Positions 1 through 12,574 of a stretch of DNA of 64,000 nucleotides are shown here, in pieces. The stretch lies in NCBI RefSeq assembly GCF_000143415.4, contig NW_003314263.1, positions 1,242,165 through 1,306,164 of the forward strand, read 5' to 3'. Position numbers and translations under genes: made by a program. The notes under the pieces are model-generated. The model did not search any database and had not been told where the DNA came from. It saw only the letters and a list, made by a program, of their open reading frames with translations. The stretch comes from Selaginella moellendorffii (lineage: Eukaryota > Plantae > Lycopodiophyta). The first letter of the stretch is position 1. Each line of letters opens with the position of its first letter.

Positions 1-17
1 CGGCTGGATTCATCCAG

Positions 18-345
18 ATATCGGAAGAAGAAGGTAGACTGAAAAAAGAGGAAGAGGAAGCTAGGGAGATGTGGAAGCGCAAGCGAGAAGACGAACAACA
101 ATGGGAAGAAACGCGAGAGAATAGAGTAAGTACCTCTTTTCGTCGTGTGAATCTGATCGTTTGCTTGCTTTCCAGGTTAGTAACTGGAGAGACTTTATGA
201 AAGGAGGCAAGAAGGTAATCGCCAAAGCCTTGATTCTACCTTTGTTACACTGACTTTTTTGCAGTCGAAGGGACAGCTGAAGCCACCGAAGCTAAAGACC
301 GAGGATCCAAACAAGTCTTACGTCCAACGTCCAGTGAAGAAGTGA
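18..345 (+). CDS. 3' exons of a J-domain protein, DNAJC8/SPF31-like (partial; 5' part outside window)
   Basis: Exons 18-125, 176-214, 265-345 with GT-AG introns translate to ISEEEGRLKKEEEEAREMWKRKREDEQQWEETRENRVSNWRDFMKGGKKSKGQLKPPKLKTEDPNKSYVQRPVKK*, the typical C-terminus of plant SPF31/DNAJC8 proteins. Confidence 0.8.
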
Positions 346-591
346 AGAACTTGGTTACTTCATGCTCTCGATTGCCCGGGCTTGGAAAGATCTATGTTGT
401 ACAGGTATGACCACCATCGTTTCACAGCGATAAAGAAGAAAAGAATGATTTTTGCAGTTCAAATTAAGAGCAATCAAAGTCGCAGCACAACAATTTGCTG
501 CTTCTTCTCGTGTCTATGCCTATTTCTAAAGTACAAATGGGATGGAGAGGATTTTTTTTTTGTTCTCTACTCTAAAATACCAAGCACTCGA

Positions 592-3067
592 CTACGTACC
601 ACCAGCTTGCACTCTTGACGAGCACCGCAAGCAGCTGCTTCCAACGAGCTTTCGCTGGAATCCATCCTTATCTCCATCGTCTTCCTGGATCATCTCCTCG
701 GCCTCTATCCTGCTTAAGTTCTTGTCGACGGGTCCTCCCGGGACGCAGCAGCATGGTGGTGCTTGAGACGACACCGAAGATGTAATCGACGAGGCCTGTC
801 CCGCCGCCGCTGCTTCCGGGAGCTCGTAGAGCTTGAGCTCTTCTTTGCTCGAACTTTTGCGACTGTCTCGCTCGTCGACGCTGTTGTCCGCTATACTCTT
901 CGCCATCTTTTGCTGCCAGTCGAGGTGAACTGCGAGCACCAAGCTGATGATCTCCTTCCTGTAGAAGGCCACCTGAAACCGTTTGTAAAGAGCTTCCGCG
1001 ACGTTGGCTCGAGCTGACATCGTGCTTGGTCCGTATAAGCGCACGCTCTTGCCGTTGCCGAGGTAGTGCTTGATCATATTGTCTAGGAAGAAAGTCTTCG
1101 TTCTCGTTGGTTGAGCCGAGAAGCCAACCGCCGCTGCTACTCCACCTTGGAGCTGCAAGCTCGATGCGCTGTTGATCCTCTCCGAGAAGATATCGTAGCT
1201 TCTCTTTCTCGACGGCAGTACGTGCTGATAATCGCTCCTCCATCTCGTTAAAGTCTGTTCTTCGATCGAGGACCTGGTAGAGTCGCAGGACGAACCCGCC
1301 GGAGCCTTAAGATCAAACCGAGGTGCCGAAGAAGAACACACAAGCGTCGCAGTGGTCGTGGTTGTCATCGTCTCGCTCGTCGATTCGCTTCTACTTTCGC
1401 TGTTCTTCCCCTGCTCCGGATCGCCAGCGTCGGTGTTTCCAGTCCGACAATTCACTTCGAGCTGCTGCAGCTGCTTTGGAAGCGCCAGGAAAGTTGTGAT
1501 CAAGCCACCATCGTCGTTTCTCTCGGCAGCCGGTTCGTCCTTCTTCTCCTTTGGCGTGTCAACTTTCTTCTCTTTCGGGGTCTCGCCGTCCTTGTCCTCG
1601 TCACCTTGGTCGTCACCTTTCGCGAAAGCATGAGACGTTCCTTTGCTCAGCCACAGTGTCGGCCTGCGTTTGCGCTCGCTGACGACTCCATTAGTGTTGA
1701 TATCGTCCATTTTGCTGCTGCTGCTCACACCCCTCTTGTTATTTATCTCGCTCTGGCTCTTGGCCATCAACTCGTTGTCCAGCTCCGGAAGTTCCAGCAA
1801 GCTCGCATCAGTGGCTACGTGATTCAACACCTCGCTGATCGAGTCGAAGTAATCTTTGCCTTTGATCAAGGAGCGTTTCGAGTAGCGCTTGATGCCTGGG
1901 ACCATGTAAACCAGCGGCCCTTTCCCGCTTTGTTCCGAGCTCCAGTCCTTGGCAAGCAGCCGAGGCCACACTCCTTCCCAGAACAAGTCCTGTGCTCGGC
2001 TCTTGCTCAACCGGCAGCCACCCGAGAGAGCTCTAAACATTTCCGTCCCTGTGTAGTCCGAGAAAGCTTTGCCTGGAGGTAACTCAAACTTCTTGGTGGC
2101 CTGGACTGAATCCACACTTCCCATCGTCAAGTCCCGTTTCCCACACCCCAGGCCAACCGAGTCGACGAACAGCTCCAGTCCTGCTATGTCTTTTATCCGA
2201 GACACGTACCTCTCGAAAGAAACCTCGCCTTTGTTGAATCCAGCCATAGTCTGGGGAGGAAAAGCTTGGTGTTATAGCATCGAGAGAGAAAAACTCGACA
2301 AACAAAGTTACCTCGAATAGTTCCGGTCTTGAGCACTCCTCAACTTCTGGAAGAAGCCGTCGTAGAAGTTCTTCCTGACGCCGCCCAACCAAAATGTGTC
2401 GACCATTGACGATTCTCTTGCTGCAGTTGTTCCGTGCTGCCACCCATCTCTTGTAGGCCGGAGTCCCGTAAAAGATGCTGTAATAGTAGTGCTGAAGGTC
2501 CGTGAGCATTCTCGTCTCCAGGAATCTCTTCAAAGCGTTGAAGTCCTTCCCGAAGAGATAGAGTCCCAGCAGGAACGCAGCCTCCTCGTTCTCCTCCCAC
2601 GCATCAAAGCCATCCCCCGGAACTATAACATCTTCCATCTCGCTGAGGCTGCTCTTGGCTCGCATTCTCCGAAACGTAAGCCAGTTCCCTTTCCTCTTCT
2701 TCTTCCCTTTCCGTCTCCTTCCATCACCACCCCCGTTTTTATCCTCCGGCAGCTCGCCCTCGTTCTGGTCATCGCAGTCCCGACCGAGATCCTGCTTCTT
2801 CTCGTTGTTCATGCGGATGCTGGTTATCGGGATCGCCATCCCTCCAAGAGCAAACGCGAGCTCTTCCTCGTCAGCCGAAAACACCGTGACGTGGTTCCCG
2901 TTCTCAGCCGCAAAGAAGTCGTGTGTGCAGCGAGGGAGCTCGTCCACCTGGAAGTCGCTTCCAATCCTCGGAGTGCAATCGTCGTCGTCAGACCCCGAGC
3001 CGGAGCCCGAGCCAGACGACTCCGAGTCGTCAAAAGTACAAGGCTCCATCTTTAGTTCATCGTCCAT
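592..3067 (-). CDS. Plant SANT-domain chromatin protein (SANT1-4-like, HDA6-associated family), 2 coding exons
   Basis: Exons 3067-2312 and 2250-592 are joined in frame by a 61-bp GT-AG intron. Motifs: PRIGSDFQV; SANT-like WEENEEAAFLLGLYLFGKDF...YYYSIFYGTPAYKRW; LFWEGVWPRLLAKDWSSEQ; LIKGKDYFDSISEVL. Confidence 0.8.
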
Positions 3068-4330
3068 TCATGCACAACTCCTGGAAGAAAAAAAAAACAC
3101 ATCAGTCCATCGTATGCACAACTCCTGGAAGAAAAAAAGGGGCCTCTAGTGAGAGCAAAGCTACACACTCACGAACAAAAGAGTACCACAAAGCTGCAAG
3201 AAAAACAAGCCTTGCAAATACCGAGAAAGAAGAACTTGATTAAAAAGAAATAACACTTGCTAATAAAGCACGGTCCTAAAGAAAGAGAGCATGTAGACTA
3301 CGTTACAAGCCATGAAATCGCCGGCATAAGCACAGCGCAAGCACTGTTATCGAGCCATTCAACGCTGCTATGGACGCACGAAATCACGACCCAGTAGCCC
3401 AGCAAAGAGAGATAAGGCATGCACGCTCGTGACCTAACAAAGAAAACGCGAGAACCTCTCGCGCAAAGCGCTGGAGAGAATGGGGGCAGCAGCGCAGCAT
3501 CGATTCATCCAAGGACACAAAGAGGAGAAGAAGCGAAGAACAAGACACACAAAGAACAAACCAAAACACCAAAAAAGAACCAAAGAAAAGAGAGAATCTA
3601 ATCAAGCGCAAGCACGCAACGCAAGCTCTATCCATCATCAATCTTGCTGCAGTCAAAACCCCACAAGGCATGGCCTAGCTACACATTCCATCCTAGATCC
3701 AACATTCTCACACGCTCTGGAAATTCGTGCCCTGGGAAGGGGAGCGTTTGGAGAAACCATACCTGGAAGCGCAGCGCTCGCGCCGTGTGTGTGTGCGCCG
3801 GCAGGAGAGAAGCGAGGGAGCGGGCAGCGATGGTAGCGGCGATGCCGCGGCGGGCGATCCGAGCGGCGGGCGCGAGCGCGAAGAGGAGGAAATGGCGTGA
3901 ACAAACGAATGGAATGAAATGGGGTGAGTTTGTGTGTATTTTGGTGTTGTAAAGGGTACGCTAATTAACCCCACCTTGCTTAGCGCTAATAACCCACGCC
4001 CCACCCTACAAACCCTAATTCTCTTTTTTGCCTCCTTTTATTTTTTTAGTTGACTTCCAAAGTCCGCCAGCCAGCTTCGACTGGGCCGAAATGTATGTTC
4101 ATGTGAATTTGCCATTGAGCGAAAACACGTAAGAGAAAATTTGATATACGCGGTGCTCATGCAAATAAATGTTTTTTTTTTAAGAAACAGTTGGCAAACA
4201 TGTGTCCCAAGTGGCAAAATAATGTCCAATGTGGCCGCGGTTGCGTCACAGCAAGAATGTTTCAAACATATCCACTTTCCAACCCAATCAATGTTTAATC
4301 GATTTGATTTTGATAAGTATTTGATCGTCT

Positions 4331-6310
4331 ATGGAGGGCAACTTTCACCAGTGTGTGGAGCTCATCCGGTCTTGCAAGACAAAGCCACAGATCAAGTTCG
4401 CCCAATCTAAAATTTTCCAAATTGTTGGCAAATCCCACAACCACAGCAGCACTTACCTCTCCAACCTCCTCATTGAAGCTTATGGCAAATGCGGTAGCAT
4501 CGACGATGCGATTTCTCTCTTTGATTCTATTGCGAACAAGGATGAGTTCTCCTGGGTGATGATGCTCTCGGCATATGCCCAAAACGGGCATATCCACGAG
4601 GCCCGCGGCATATTCGACGCCATGCCCACCAAGAACATCGTCGCGTGGAATTCCATCCTGGCCGCATATGCCCACCAGGGATCCCTCGGCGATGCTTGGA
4701 ATATTTTCGACGCAATGCCCGAGAGAAACTTGATGACGTGGACGTCGGTGCTGACCATGTATGCCCGGAGAGGGCATATCCCACTCGCCGAGGGGATATT
4801 CTCCCAGATGCCCGAGAAGGACCTTGTTTCGTGGAACGCGATGATCTCGGCATATGCCCACTCTGGGCATATTCTCCAGGCCAGGAAAACGTTTGAAGAG
4901 ATGCCTCTTAGAGATCTCACCTCTTGGGGGTGTCTCATCTCTGCCCTAGCGAGGGATTGCGTCGCGGATCTAGAGACTCTCTGGATCTACCAGATGCCCG
5001 AGTGGGATTCTATCTCCTGGAATGGATTTCTCTCGGCGATTGCTCACTGTGATCGCCTGGAAAACGCGAAGAGGGTGTTTGATTCCATGCCCCAGCGAGA
5101 CATTGTCTCGTGGAACGCGCTCCTCGCGGCGTATGCGTCCAGGGGCGATTTGCTGGAAACGATGAGGATCTTCCAGGAATTCATGCCCGAGCACAACATT
5201 GCGTCTGAGAACACAATCATGTCAGCGCTAGGCGCCGCAGGGGACGTAGAAAACGCCGAGAGGATCTTTCGCGAATCGATGCAAAGGCACGATCGCGTCT
5301 CGTGGAATGCGATGCTAGCGGCGTATGCCAAGAGCGGGGATTTTGATCGAGCAAAAGGGTTCTTCAATCGAATGCCGGAGAAGGACGTGATTTCCTTCAC
5401 GGCGATGATCGATGCTTTCGCTAGCAACAACCAAATCGAAGAAGCCACAAAACTCTTCGATTCGATGCCCGAGAGGGGACTTGGAACTTGGAACGTGATG
5501 CTCGCAAGCTATGCCGAGAAAGGGAATCTGGAAGAAACAAGAAGCATCTTCGATGCCATGCGTGAGAAGGATTCCATTTCCTGGAACACCATTCTAATGG
5601 CATATTCCATGAAGGGTCACATTGAGGAAGTAGAAGGCTTGTTCTTCTCAATGCCCTTTCCAGACCTGATCTCTAGAACAATCCTCTTCACAGCATATGC
5701 CCAGGTTGGGCATTTAGGACGAGCAAAATTTCTCTTCGATTGGTTGCCCTGGCGAGATCTCGCGTCCTGGAACGCGATGCTAGCGGCGATCTCGCGAAAT
5801 GGCCGTCTCGATGACACTGATCGATTCTTCTCCAAATTGCCGCAGTGGGATCAAACCTCCTGGGATGTTCTAGTCGCGGCATTTGCCTACAATGGGCAAG
5901 AAGAACACGCCCGGCTAGTCTTCACCAAAATGGCGGTGGAGGGAATCGAACCGCGAGACCCGGCGTTCGTTTGCCTTCTCGTCGGCCACACCCACAGCGG
6001 CGACCTAGATTCGGGCATCGCTCTCTTTCGCTCCATGGCAGTGGATTTCCACGCGGCGCCCAGCAAGCAGGCATTCAACGCAATGGTGGGTTTGCTGGGA
6101 AGATCCGGGCGCCTGGACGACGCTCGTGAGCTCTTGATCGCCATGCCATTCAATCCGGGCGCGCCGGACTGGAAATCACTGCTGGGCGCTTGCACGAGCA
6201 TCAATAATCTCCAGCGCGGGGCTCAAGCCGCGGAGAATGTAGCGCGATTGGATCCGGCAGCGCCGGCGCCCTATCTCTTGATCGCGAATATGTGCTCGCG
6301 GCATCGATGA
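4331..6310 (+). CDS. Pentatricopeptide repeat protein (PLS-class, long array of ~31-aa motifs, truncated E-like tail, no DYW)
   Basis: Intronless 659-aa ORF of repeated 'VSWNAMLAAYA..G.L..A..IFD.MPE+D' units, ending in MPFNPGAPDWKSLLGAC...PYLLIAN. Confidence 0.92.
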   Translation: MEGNFHQCVELIRSCKTKPQIKFAQSKIFQIVGKSHNHSSTYLSNLLIEAYGKCGSIDDAISLFDSIANKDEFSWVMMLSAYAQNGHIHEARGIFDAMPTKNIVAWNSILAAYAHQGSLGDAWNIFDAMPERNLMTWTSVLTMYARRGHIPLAEGIFSQMPEKDLVSWNAMISAYAHSGHILQARKTFEEMPLRDLTSWGCLISALARDCVADLETLWIYQMPEWDSISWNGFLSAIAHCDRLENAKRVFDSMPQRDIVSWNALLAAYASRGDLLETMRIFQEFMPEHNIASENTIMSALGAAGDVENAERIFRESMQRHDRVSWNAMLAAYAKSGDFDRAKGFFNRMPEKDVISFTAMIDAFASNNQIEEATKLFDSMPERGLGTWNVMLASYAEKGNLEETRSIFDAMREKDSISWNTILMAYSMKGHIEEVEGLFFSMPFPDLISRTILFTAYAQVGHLGRAKFLFDWLPWRDLASWNAMLAAISRNGRLDDTDRFFSKLPQWDQTSWDVLVAAFAYNGQEEHARLVFTKMAVEGIEPRDPAFVCLLVGHTHSGDLDSGIALFRSMAVDFHAAPSKQAFNAMVGLLGRSGRLDDARELLIAMPFNPGAPDWKSLLGACTSINNLQRGAQAAENVARLDPAAPAPYLLIANMCSRHR

Positions 6311-6442
6311 TCTTGGATTTTTAGGGCAAAAGTGCGGAATGGTGGGGGATTTTGAGCCAGACACTTGGCAGTAGCTCATTGGCAGTGGGAATTCTCTCCA
6401 AAAGCTGCTATAGCGAGGGCAAAAGAGAGCTTCACACGGGAG

Positions 6443-9400
6443 ATGGCTATGGCTTCCGTGTGTAGCTCCTCGTGTTCTTGGGAAGCTGGGGCGATGGCGT
6501 CACTGGTGAGACCATCTCCACCGCCGAGAAAGAGATTGTGGGCAGTGGGATTTGGGGACATGCATCACCAGCTCTACCGGAGAAATCTCAAGAGGGGTCA
6601 GCTGGCTTTCACGGGAGTGACGAGAGATCATGGAAATGGAAGCGTTTTGACGCTGGAGCTCGAGGATGATGAGACTCGGAGGGAGAATGTGGCTAATGGC
6701 GCGAGTTCTTCACGCAGAGAGAAAGAAATGGCGAGTGGATTGGATGGTGAAGTTAGCGGCAATGGAGTAGCAGTAGCAACGATGGCGGTTCGCGAGCTCG
6801 AGGAATTTAAATCCACCAGTATTCTTGAGGAGGAGCTTGAGCAAGACGAGCCTTGGTTTCGAAAGGAGATCCAAGACAATGTCAAGGTAACAAAATCTGA
6901 TTTTTCTAGCCATTCATTTGTTGAGGTTTATACTGTTCTTATCCGATGAAGGTTTCAGTCACTCCCGGTGGCCGATGGAATCGCTTCAAAGCTTATTCGA
7001 CTTTGCAAAGATCATTGGAGATATGGGCCTTCGTTTTCTCGTTTCTTTTCAAGCAGTGGCTCCTTGGGCGGAAGTTCATGTACAAAGGTGGGATTTTTAT
7101 AGTTCCAGAACTCGCCTTGGGAAGAAGTAGTGTTTATAATTTTCCTCAGGAGGGATAACGGAGGAAAAAAAGATGGAAAGACGAAAGCGTCTTGCGAAAT
7201 GGCTAAAGGAAGGACTGCTGAGATTGGGACCGACTTTCATCAAGATTGGACAACAGTTTTCCACGCGAAGCGACATTCTTCCGAAAGAATACGTCGACGA
7301 ACTCGCTGAGCTTCAGGTTCTCTACTGTGAATTCTCACTTTTGGATCAATGACACCGTCGATCGCAGGATCAAGTTCCTCCTTTTGAGTCGGAAGCCGCC
7401 GTGAGTATTTTGGAGGAAGAACTCGGTTGCTCCGTGGACCAGGTTTTCGAGAAGTTCGATCGTGATCCCATTGCCGCAGCAAGCCTTGGTATGAATTTAT
7501 GTTCGTGTTGGTTATAAAGTCGTTGTTCTGTTTATTCGTTAAGGCCAAGTTCATCGAGCTGTTCTAAACGGAGAGCAAGTTGTGATCAAAATCCAGCGTC
7601 CAGGCTTGAAAGCGCTCTTTGACATCGATTTGAAAAACCTGAGAGTAAGTCTTTGCTTTACTTTTCTTTTTTGCTCGAACTGTCACCTTTTCTTCACTGG
7701 CAGGTAATCGCAGAGAACTTACAAAAGATTGATCCAAAGTCTGATGGCGCGAAGAGGGATTGGGTTGCCATTTACGATGAGTGTGCCAATGTGCTCTATC
7801 AGGTGATTTTTTCAAACGAAGAGGGAAGTTTTGATGTATGATGTTCAGTAATAGCTCTCTTCCAGGAAATCGACTACAACAGAGAAGCAGCCAATGCCGA
7901 GCGCTTTGCGGCAAATTTCAAGGATCTGAGCTACGTTAAAGTTCCAAGGATCTACTGGAAGTACACTACACCACAGGTGCCAAGTTTGTGATTTTTATCG
8001 TCCGGGTTGCGATGCATTGCCTTCGATAATAGGTACTTACCATGGAATACGTACCAGGAATCAAAATCAACAAAATCAAAGCCTTGGATAGACTTGGAGT
8101 TGATCGTCAAAGGTTTGTTTCACAGCCTTTTGTCCAAGGCAAAGCTCAACTATCTGGTGTTGTTCAGGCTTGCGAGATACTGTGTGGAGTCTTATCTGGA
8201 GCAGATTCTTCGTCACGGGTTTTTCCACGCAGACCCTGTAAGCCCTTTTTTTCTCTTGAGTTTTCTGGAGACCTTTTCATTTCCTCCTTGTTCCTTGTTT
8301 CATTCATGTTCTAGCATCCAGGAAATATTGCTGTGGACGATTTCAACGGTGGACGCTTGATCTTTTATGATTTTGGTATGATGGGAAGGTAAAGCAATAG
8401 CATGCTTAACTCTTTATCTAACGGTTCCTCGTATGTGTTTCCAGCATTAGTTCCAACATCAGGGAAGGACTTTTAGAAGCTTTCTATGGAGTCTACGAAA
8501 AAGATGCTGACAAGGTATTCGTTTCCTTTTGTGTATGTTCTTGCTTGTCATGTTGATTTTTCTCAGGTGCTTGAAGCAATGGTGCAAATGGGAGTGCTCG
8601 TACCGACTGGTGACATGACCGCAGTTAGACGAACAGCACAGTTCTTCCTGAAAAGGTTCAACTTACTTTCAGTCGCACACACAGAAACTTAACTTCGTCT
8701 CTTGGATTCCAGTTTCCAAGACCGTCTAGCAGCACAAAAAGAACAGAAAGCTCTTGCCGAGAGTGAGGAATCCGGCTACAAGAGGCTGTCTAAAGGGGAA
8801 AGGGAGGACAAGAAGAAACTCAGGCTGGCGGCCATAGGTACTACAGTTTTGTGAGTAACTCGGTATGCTCAAACTCCATTTTAGGTGAGGATCTACTATC
8901 TATCTCTTCGGACCAGCCATTCCGTTTCCCAGCAACGTTTACGTTTGTAGTTCGAGCTTTCTCGGGTAAGACTGCCTTTGTCCGTGATTTCCATGTCGTA
9001 AGCTTTTTGGTTTCAGTTCTAGACGGCATTGGAAAAGGTCTGGATCCTTACTTTGACATATCCGAGATTGCAAAGCCGTAAGTGAAGATAGCTTTCTTTT
9101 TCTTTCTGCCTCACCAGGTTTTTGTTCTTCGCAGGTACGCTTTGGAGATTCTAAGATTTCGTGAAGTTGGTTACGATGTTGTGATCCGGGTAAGTTGTTT
9201 TTTTATTCGCATTTCGTGTGCAAATGGGTGTTTCTTGTCAGGACTTTAAAAAGCGATGGCAACGACAAGCTGAAGCATTCAACAATCTCTTCAGGCAACC
9301 AGATAGAGTTGCAAAGCTCGCAGATGTGATCGAGAGATTGGTAAAGACACTGTTAAGTTTGAGGGAAAACTTCTTTCTTGCCTCTCTCTTCTCAGGAACA

Positions 9401-9787
9401 AGGCGATTTGAAACTCCGTGTGCGAACTCTGGAATCCGAGAGGTCCTTCAAACGAGTTTCAGCTGTACAACAAAACATAGCTCAGGTACCTACAGAAACA
9501 AACAAACAAGAAGCGAAGAAAAATCTTTTTTTTTCCTCTGTTGCAGGCCGTTTTCGCTGGCACATTCTTAAATCTGGGAACTCTGCTGTACATAAACGCA
9601 ATGAGAGTACGTACTTTCTACAGATATCTTCCTTTGTTTTCTCTGCTCCAACATGGGCGATCGTTGTCAGGTCCAAGGCACAGCCGCATTTTTTTGTAGC
9701 GCCTTGTTTGGATTGAAGCTTCTGGTTGGACTTTTCAAGGTGAAGAGACTGGACAAGCAAGAAAAGCTCATCACTGGCACAGTGTAA
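6443..9787 (+). CDS. ABC1K8: Chloroplast ABC1 atypical kinase, ABC1K8/OSA1-like, multi-exon
   Basis: Spliced exons give [92 protein letters not shown] and [21 protein letters not shown] 6443, TAA 9785-9787. Ser/Ala-rich transit-peptide-like N-terminus. Confidence 0.88.
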
Positions 9788-9927
9788 TAGAAAGAAAGAC
9801 GCAAAGAGCAATTTTTTGGCACTCCTTTCACCTTGGCAAGAGAGCTGTGAAGAAAAGAGTAGCATTCTTTCCTATATAACCTTCCAAAGAAGAAAATTTG
9901 AGGCTAGGCTTTGATTATAGGGTACCT

Positions 9928-11295
9928 ATGGGCAGCGATGAAGACGCCGCTCGGCTCAAGGCGGCGATGGAATCGTCGGGCGCGGAGCTCATCTGCGATC
10001 CTCCCCAGGTGCGCGGGATCCGCGTCGCCGGCTGGCGCATTCGATCCACCAAGCGCGCCATTCTCAACGCCGAGCAGATCGAGAGGTTTGGGAGGGCATT
10101 GGATTTCTTCTTTGTTGTTCTTGAGAGATTTTGGGAGGGTTTTTATGGCGCTAGGTGGGAGGCGAAGCTGGGCACCCGGCATTTGCCCGAGATGGTGTTT
10201 GGAGGCAACGAGCTGGAGCTAGTGCACGAAGCGAGCGGGATCGCGATTTCTTTCAATGCTTTCGATGCTCTTGCGGGGTGGAAGAGGGAGAACCTGCCGC
10301 CGGTGGAGGTTCCAGCCGCGGCAAAATGGAAAATGCGATGGTATGGAATCGCATTCTTCCTCTTGCTTTTTTTTTCCTGGTTCTTAGATTTCTTTCTCGA
10401 TTGTTCTGTGAAGCAATCCAAACGAGCAGCTGATCATGGACTACGACTATACGTTCACGACGCCTTACTGTGGAAGCGAGCGCCTTGTTCTTGAGGTAAA
10501 AATCTTTCACATCTTTTGAATGGAGGGAATCACAAGTTTTTCTTGCTATTTCTTACTTCTTTCACTTCTTTCACAGCAAGAACAAGCTGATAAGGAGTCA
10601 AGTTTGGCGACTTTGGAGTGGAAAAGTTGTGACACTCGAATCGATCTTATCCGGCTACAAGTGAAGGATCCGATCTTGTTTTACGACGAGGTCTTTCGTC
10701 TGGTTTCTCTGTTCTTAAGAGCTCACCATAGTTTTTTTCTTGTTCTTCCAGGTGATTCTATACGAGGACGAGCTTTCAGACAATGGTATCTCGTTTCTCT
10801 CCGTGAAAGTGGTAATGCCTCTTCGTTCCTTTGGATCGATTCTAACTTTGGCTGCCTCGTTACAGAGAGTAATGCCGAATTGCTGGTTTTTGCTGCTTCG
10901 ATTCTGGGTATCGCTTTACATACTTGTTCTTCTCGAAAGTTACTGACGCCATATCTTTGCAGCTCCGTGTGGATGGAGTTTTGATGAGACTTCGCGACAC
11001 ACGCATGTACTCCGGCTTCCAAAGCGACCCTCGAGAATTCCCGGATATAATCCGCGAGCGATCTCAAAGGGAAGAAACCTTTCGCGCACTCTTACTGGTA
11101 GATCGATCTGGAAAAACTTTCCAAGCTTTCACTGATCCTTTCTCTTCTGGAATTCCTTCGTTTTTCCAGAAAGGCCAGTTAGAACCATCGCTGTATCAAG
11201 ACCCCAACATTGTGGGAGATCGATTGCCAATTCGCGACCACCACCATGAGAAACTTCACAAGGTACTCCACAGGAAAATAGAAGCAACCATTTAA
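9928..11295 (+). CDS. TIP41: TIP41-like protein (PP2A/TOR pathway regulator), multi-exon
   Basis: [92 protein letters not shown]. Confidence 0.92.
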
Positions 11296-11495
11296 TAGAG
11301 CTCGTTTAAAACGTGTACCAGCGACCACGATTTTCCGCCATAGAATTAAACGGCCAGGATGAGAGGGGGACAGAGAAGCCCTAGTAGCGCGCCAGAGGAG
11401 CGAGAGAGAAGGAGAGCGATAGCGCGGGGTCCGATCGATCGGATTGGGGGAGAATTCGCAGGTGTTCTTCCGGATTATCAGGTTTTGGCAGTGAA

Positions 11496-12482
11496 ATGAG
11501 GCCTGGAGGAGGCGGAGGATCTCCCTTCAAGGTAGTTCTTCTCGGAGACGGTGAGTTCTTCCTTCTCTTGAGCGTTTTGTGACGAATTCAGCTGGCGCTA
11601 ATGCGATTTCGTGGTGGAATTTCTTCTCCAGGTAGAGTCGGGAAGACGTCTCTCGTCCTGCGGTATGTGAATAATCAGTTCTCCGATAGTCAAAGTGCTA
11701 CGATACAGGCTTCCTACTTGACCAAGCGCTTGAGCGTCGATGGCGCTGTAGCAACGCTATCGATCTGGGTAAAGTTCTTCGCTGCTACGATTTGAGTGAT
11801 GGTGGAAATAAAATTTTTTTTCTCTCTTCCAGGACACAGCAGGCCAGGAACGCTTTCATGCGCTTGGTCCTATTTACTATCGCGATGCTGATGGTGAGTA
11901 CAAGTTTTTTTTCTCTTTCCAGTACGAGAACTACAGTGTCTTGGTTTTTGTTCTTGGTTTTTTTTTTTCCTTTGTAGGTGCATTGCTAGTCTATGACATA
12001 ATGGATAGAGATAGCTTTACTCGTGTGAAGAATTGGGTGAAGGAGCTCCGGAAGATGGCGTCCAACAAGAACATTGTCTTGACAATTGCTGGCAACAAGA
12101 GCGATATGGACAAGTTGCGACAAGTTGATCTCCAGGATTCTGAGAGGTACGACAGTGTTTCGTTTCCTAGTTGATAGTGTTCACTCGGTTGGATTGCTTC
12201 TAGATACGCTGCCTCGATTGGAGCAAACCATTTCGTGACCTCTGCAAAGCTAAACACTGGCATAGACGAGGCCTTCATGGACATCGCGACACGTAAGATC
12301 TTTAGAAGTTTGCTTGTTTTCGTTCTCTCACTGTTTGTTCCTTGGCAGGTTGCCTGGAACAAAGAAGAAAAAGCACTGCCGCCTCGAGCAATGGCAGCAC
12401 GCCGGCTTTCTCTCAGAGAAAAAGCGTGGTCATTGTGGATGATCAGCCCCCTCCCCCTCCTCCGTCGAGATGTTGTTCTTGA
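11496..12482 (+). CDS. RAB21: Rab GTPase, Rab21 subfamily, multi-exon
   Basis: FKVVLLGDGRVGKTSLVLRY, TIQASYLTK, WDTAGQERFHALGPIYYRD, VKNWVKELRKM, GNKSD, TSAK and C-terminal CCS* prenylation motif. ERFHALGPIYYRD and NWVKELRKM match Rab21. Confidence 0.85.
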
Positions 12483-12574
12483 CACGGTAAAATTGTTGGT
12501 TTGTACAAACAGGTCAGGCCAGTGTTTACAAATTCCCAGGGATTTTTTTTTCCATGTAAATTCTCGCGCTCTAC

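Noticed and set aside
668-6204. Numerous antisense and alternate-frame ORFs over the SANT and PPR genes (likewise over the second PPR and pol)
   Set aside because: Shadow ORFs of GC-rich coding sequence with no recognisable motifs.
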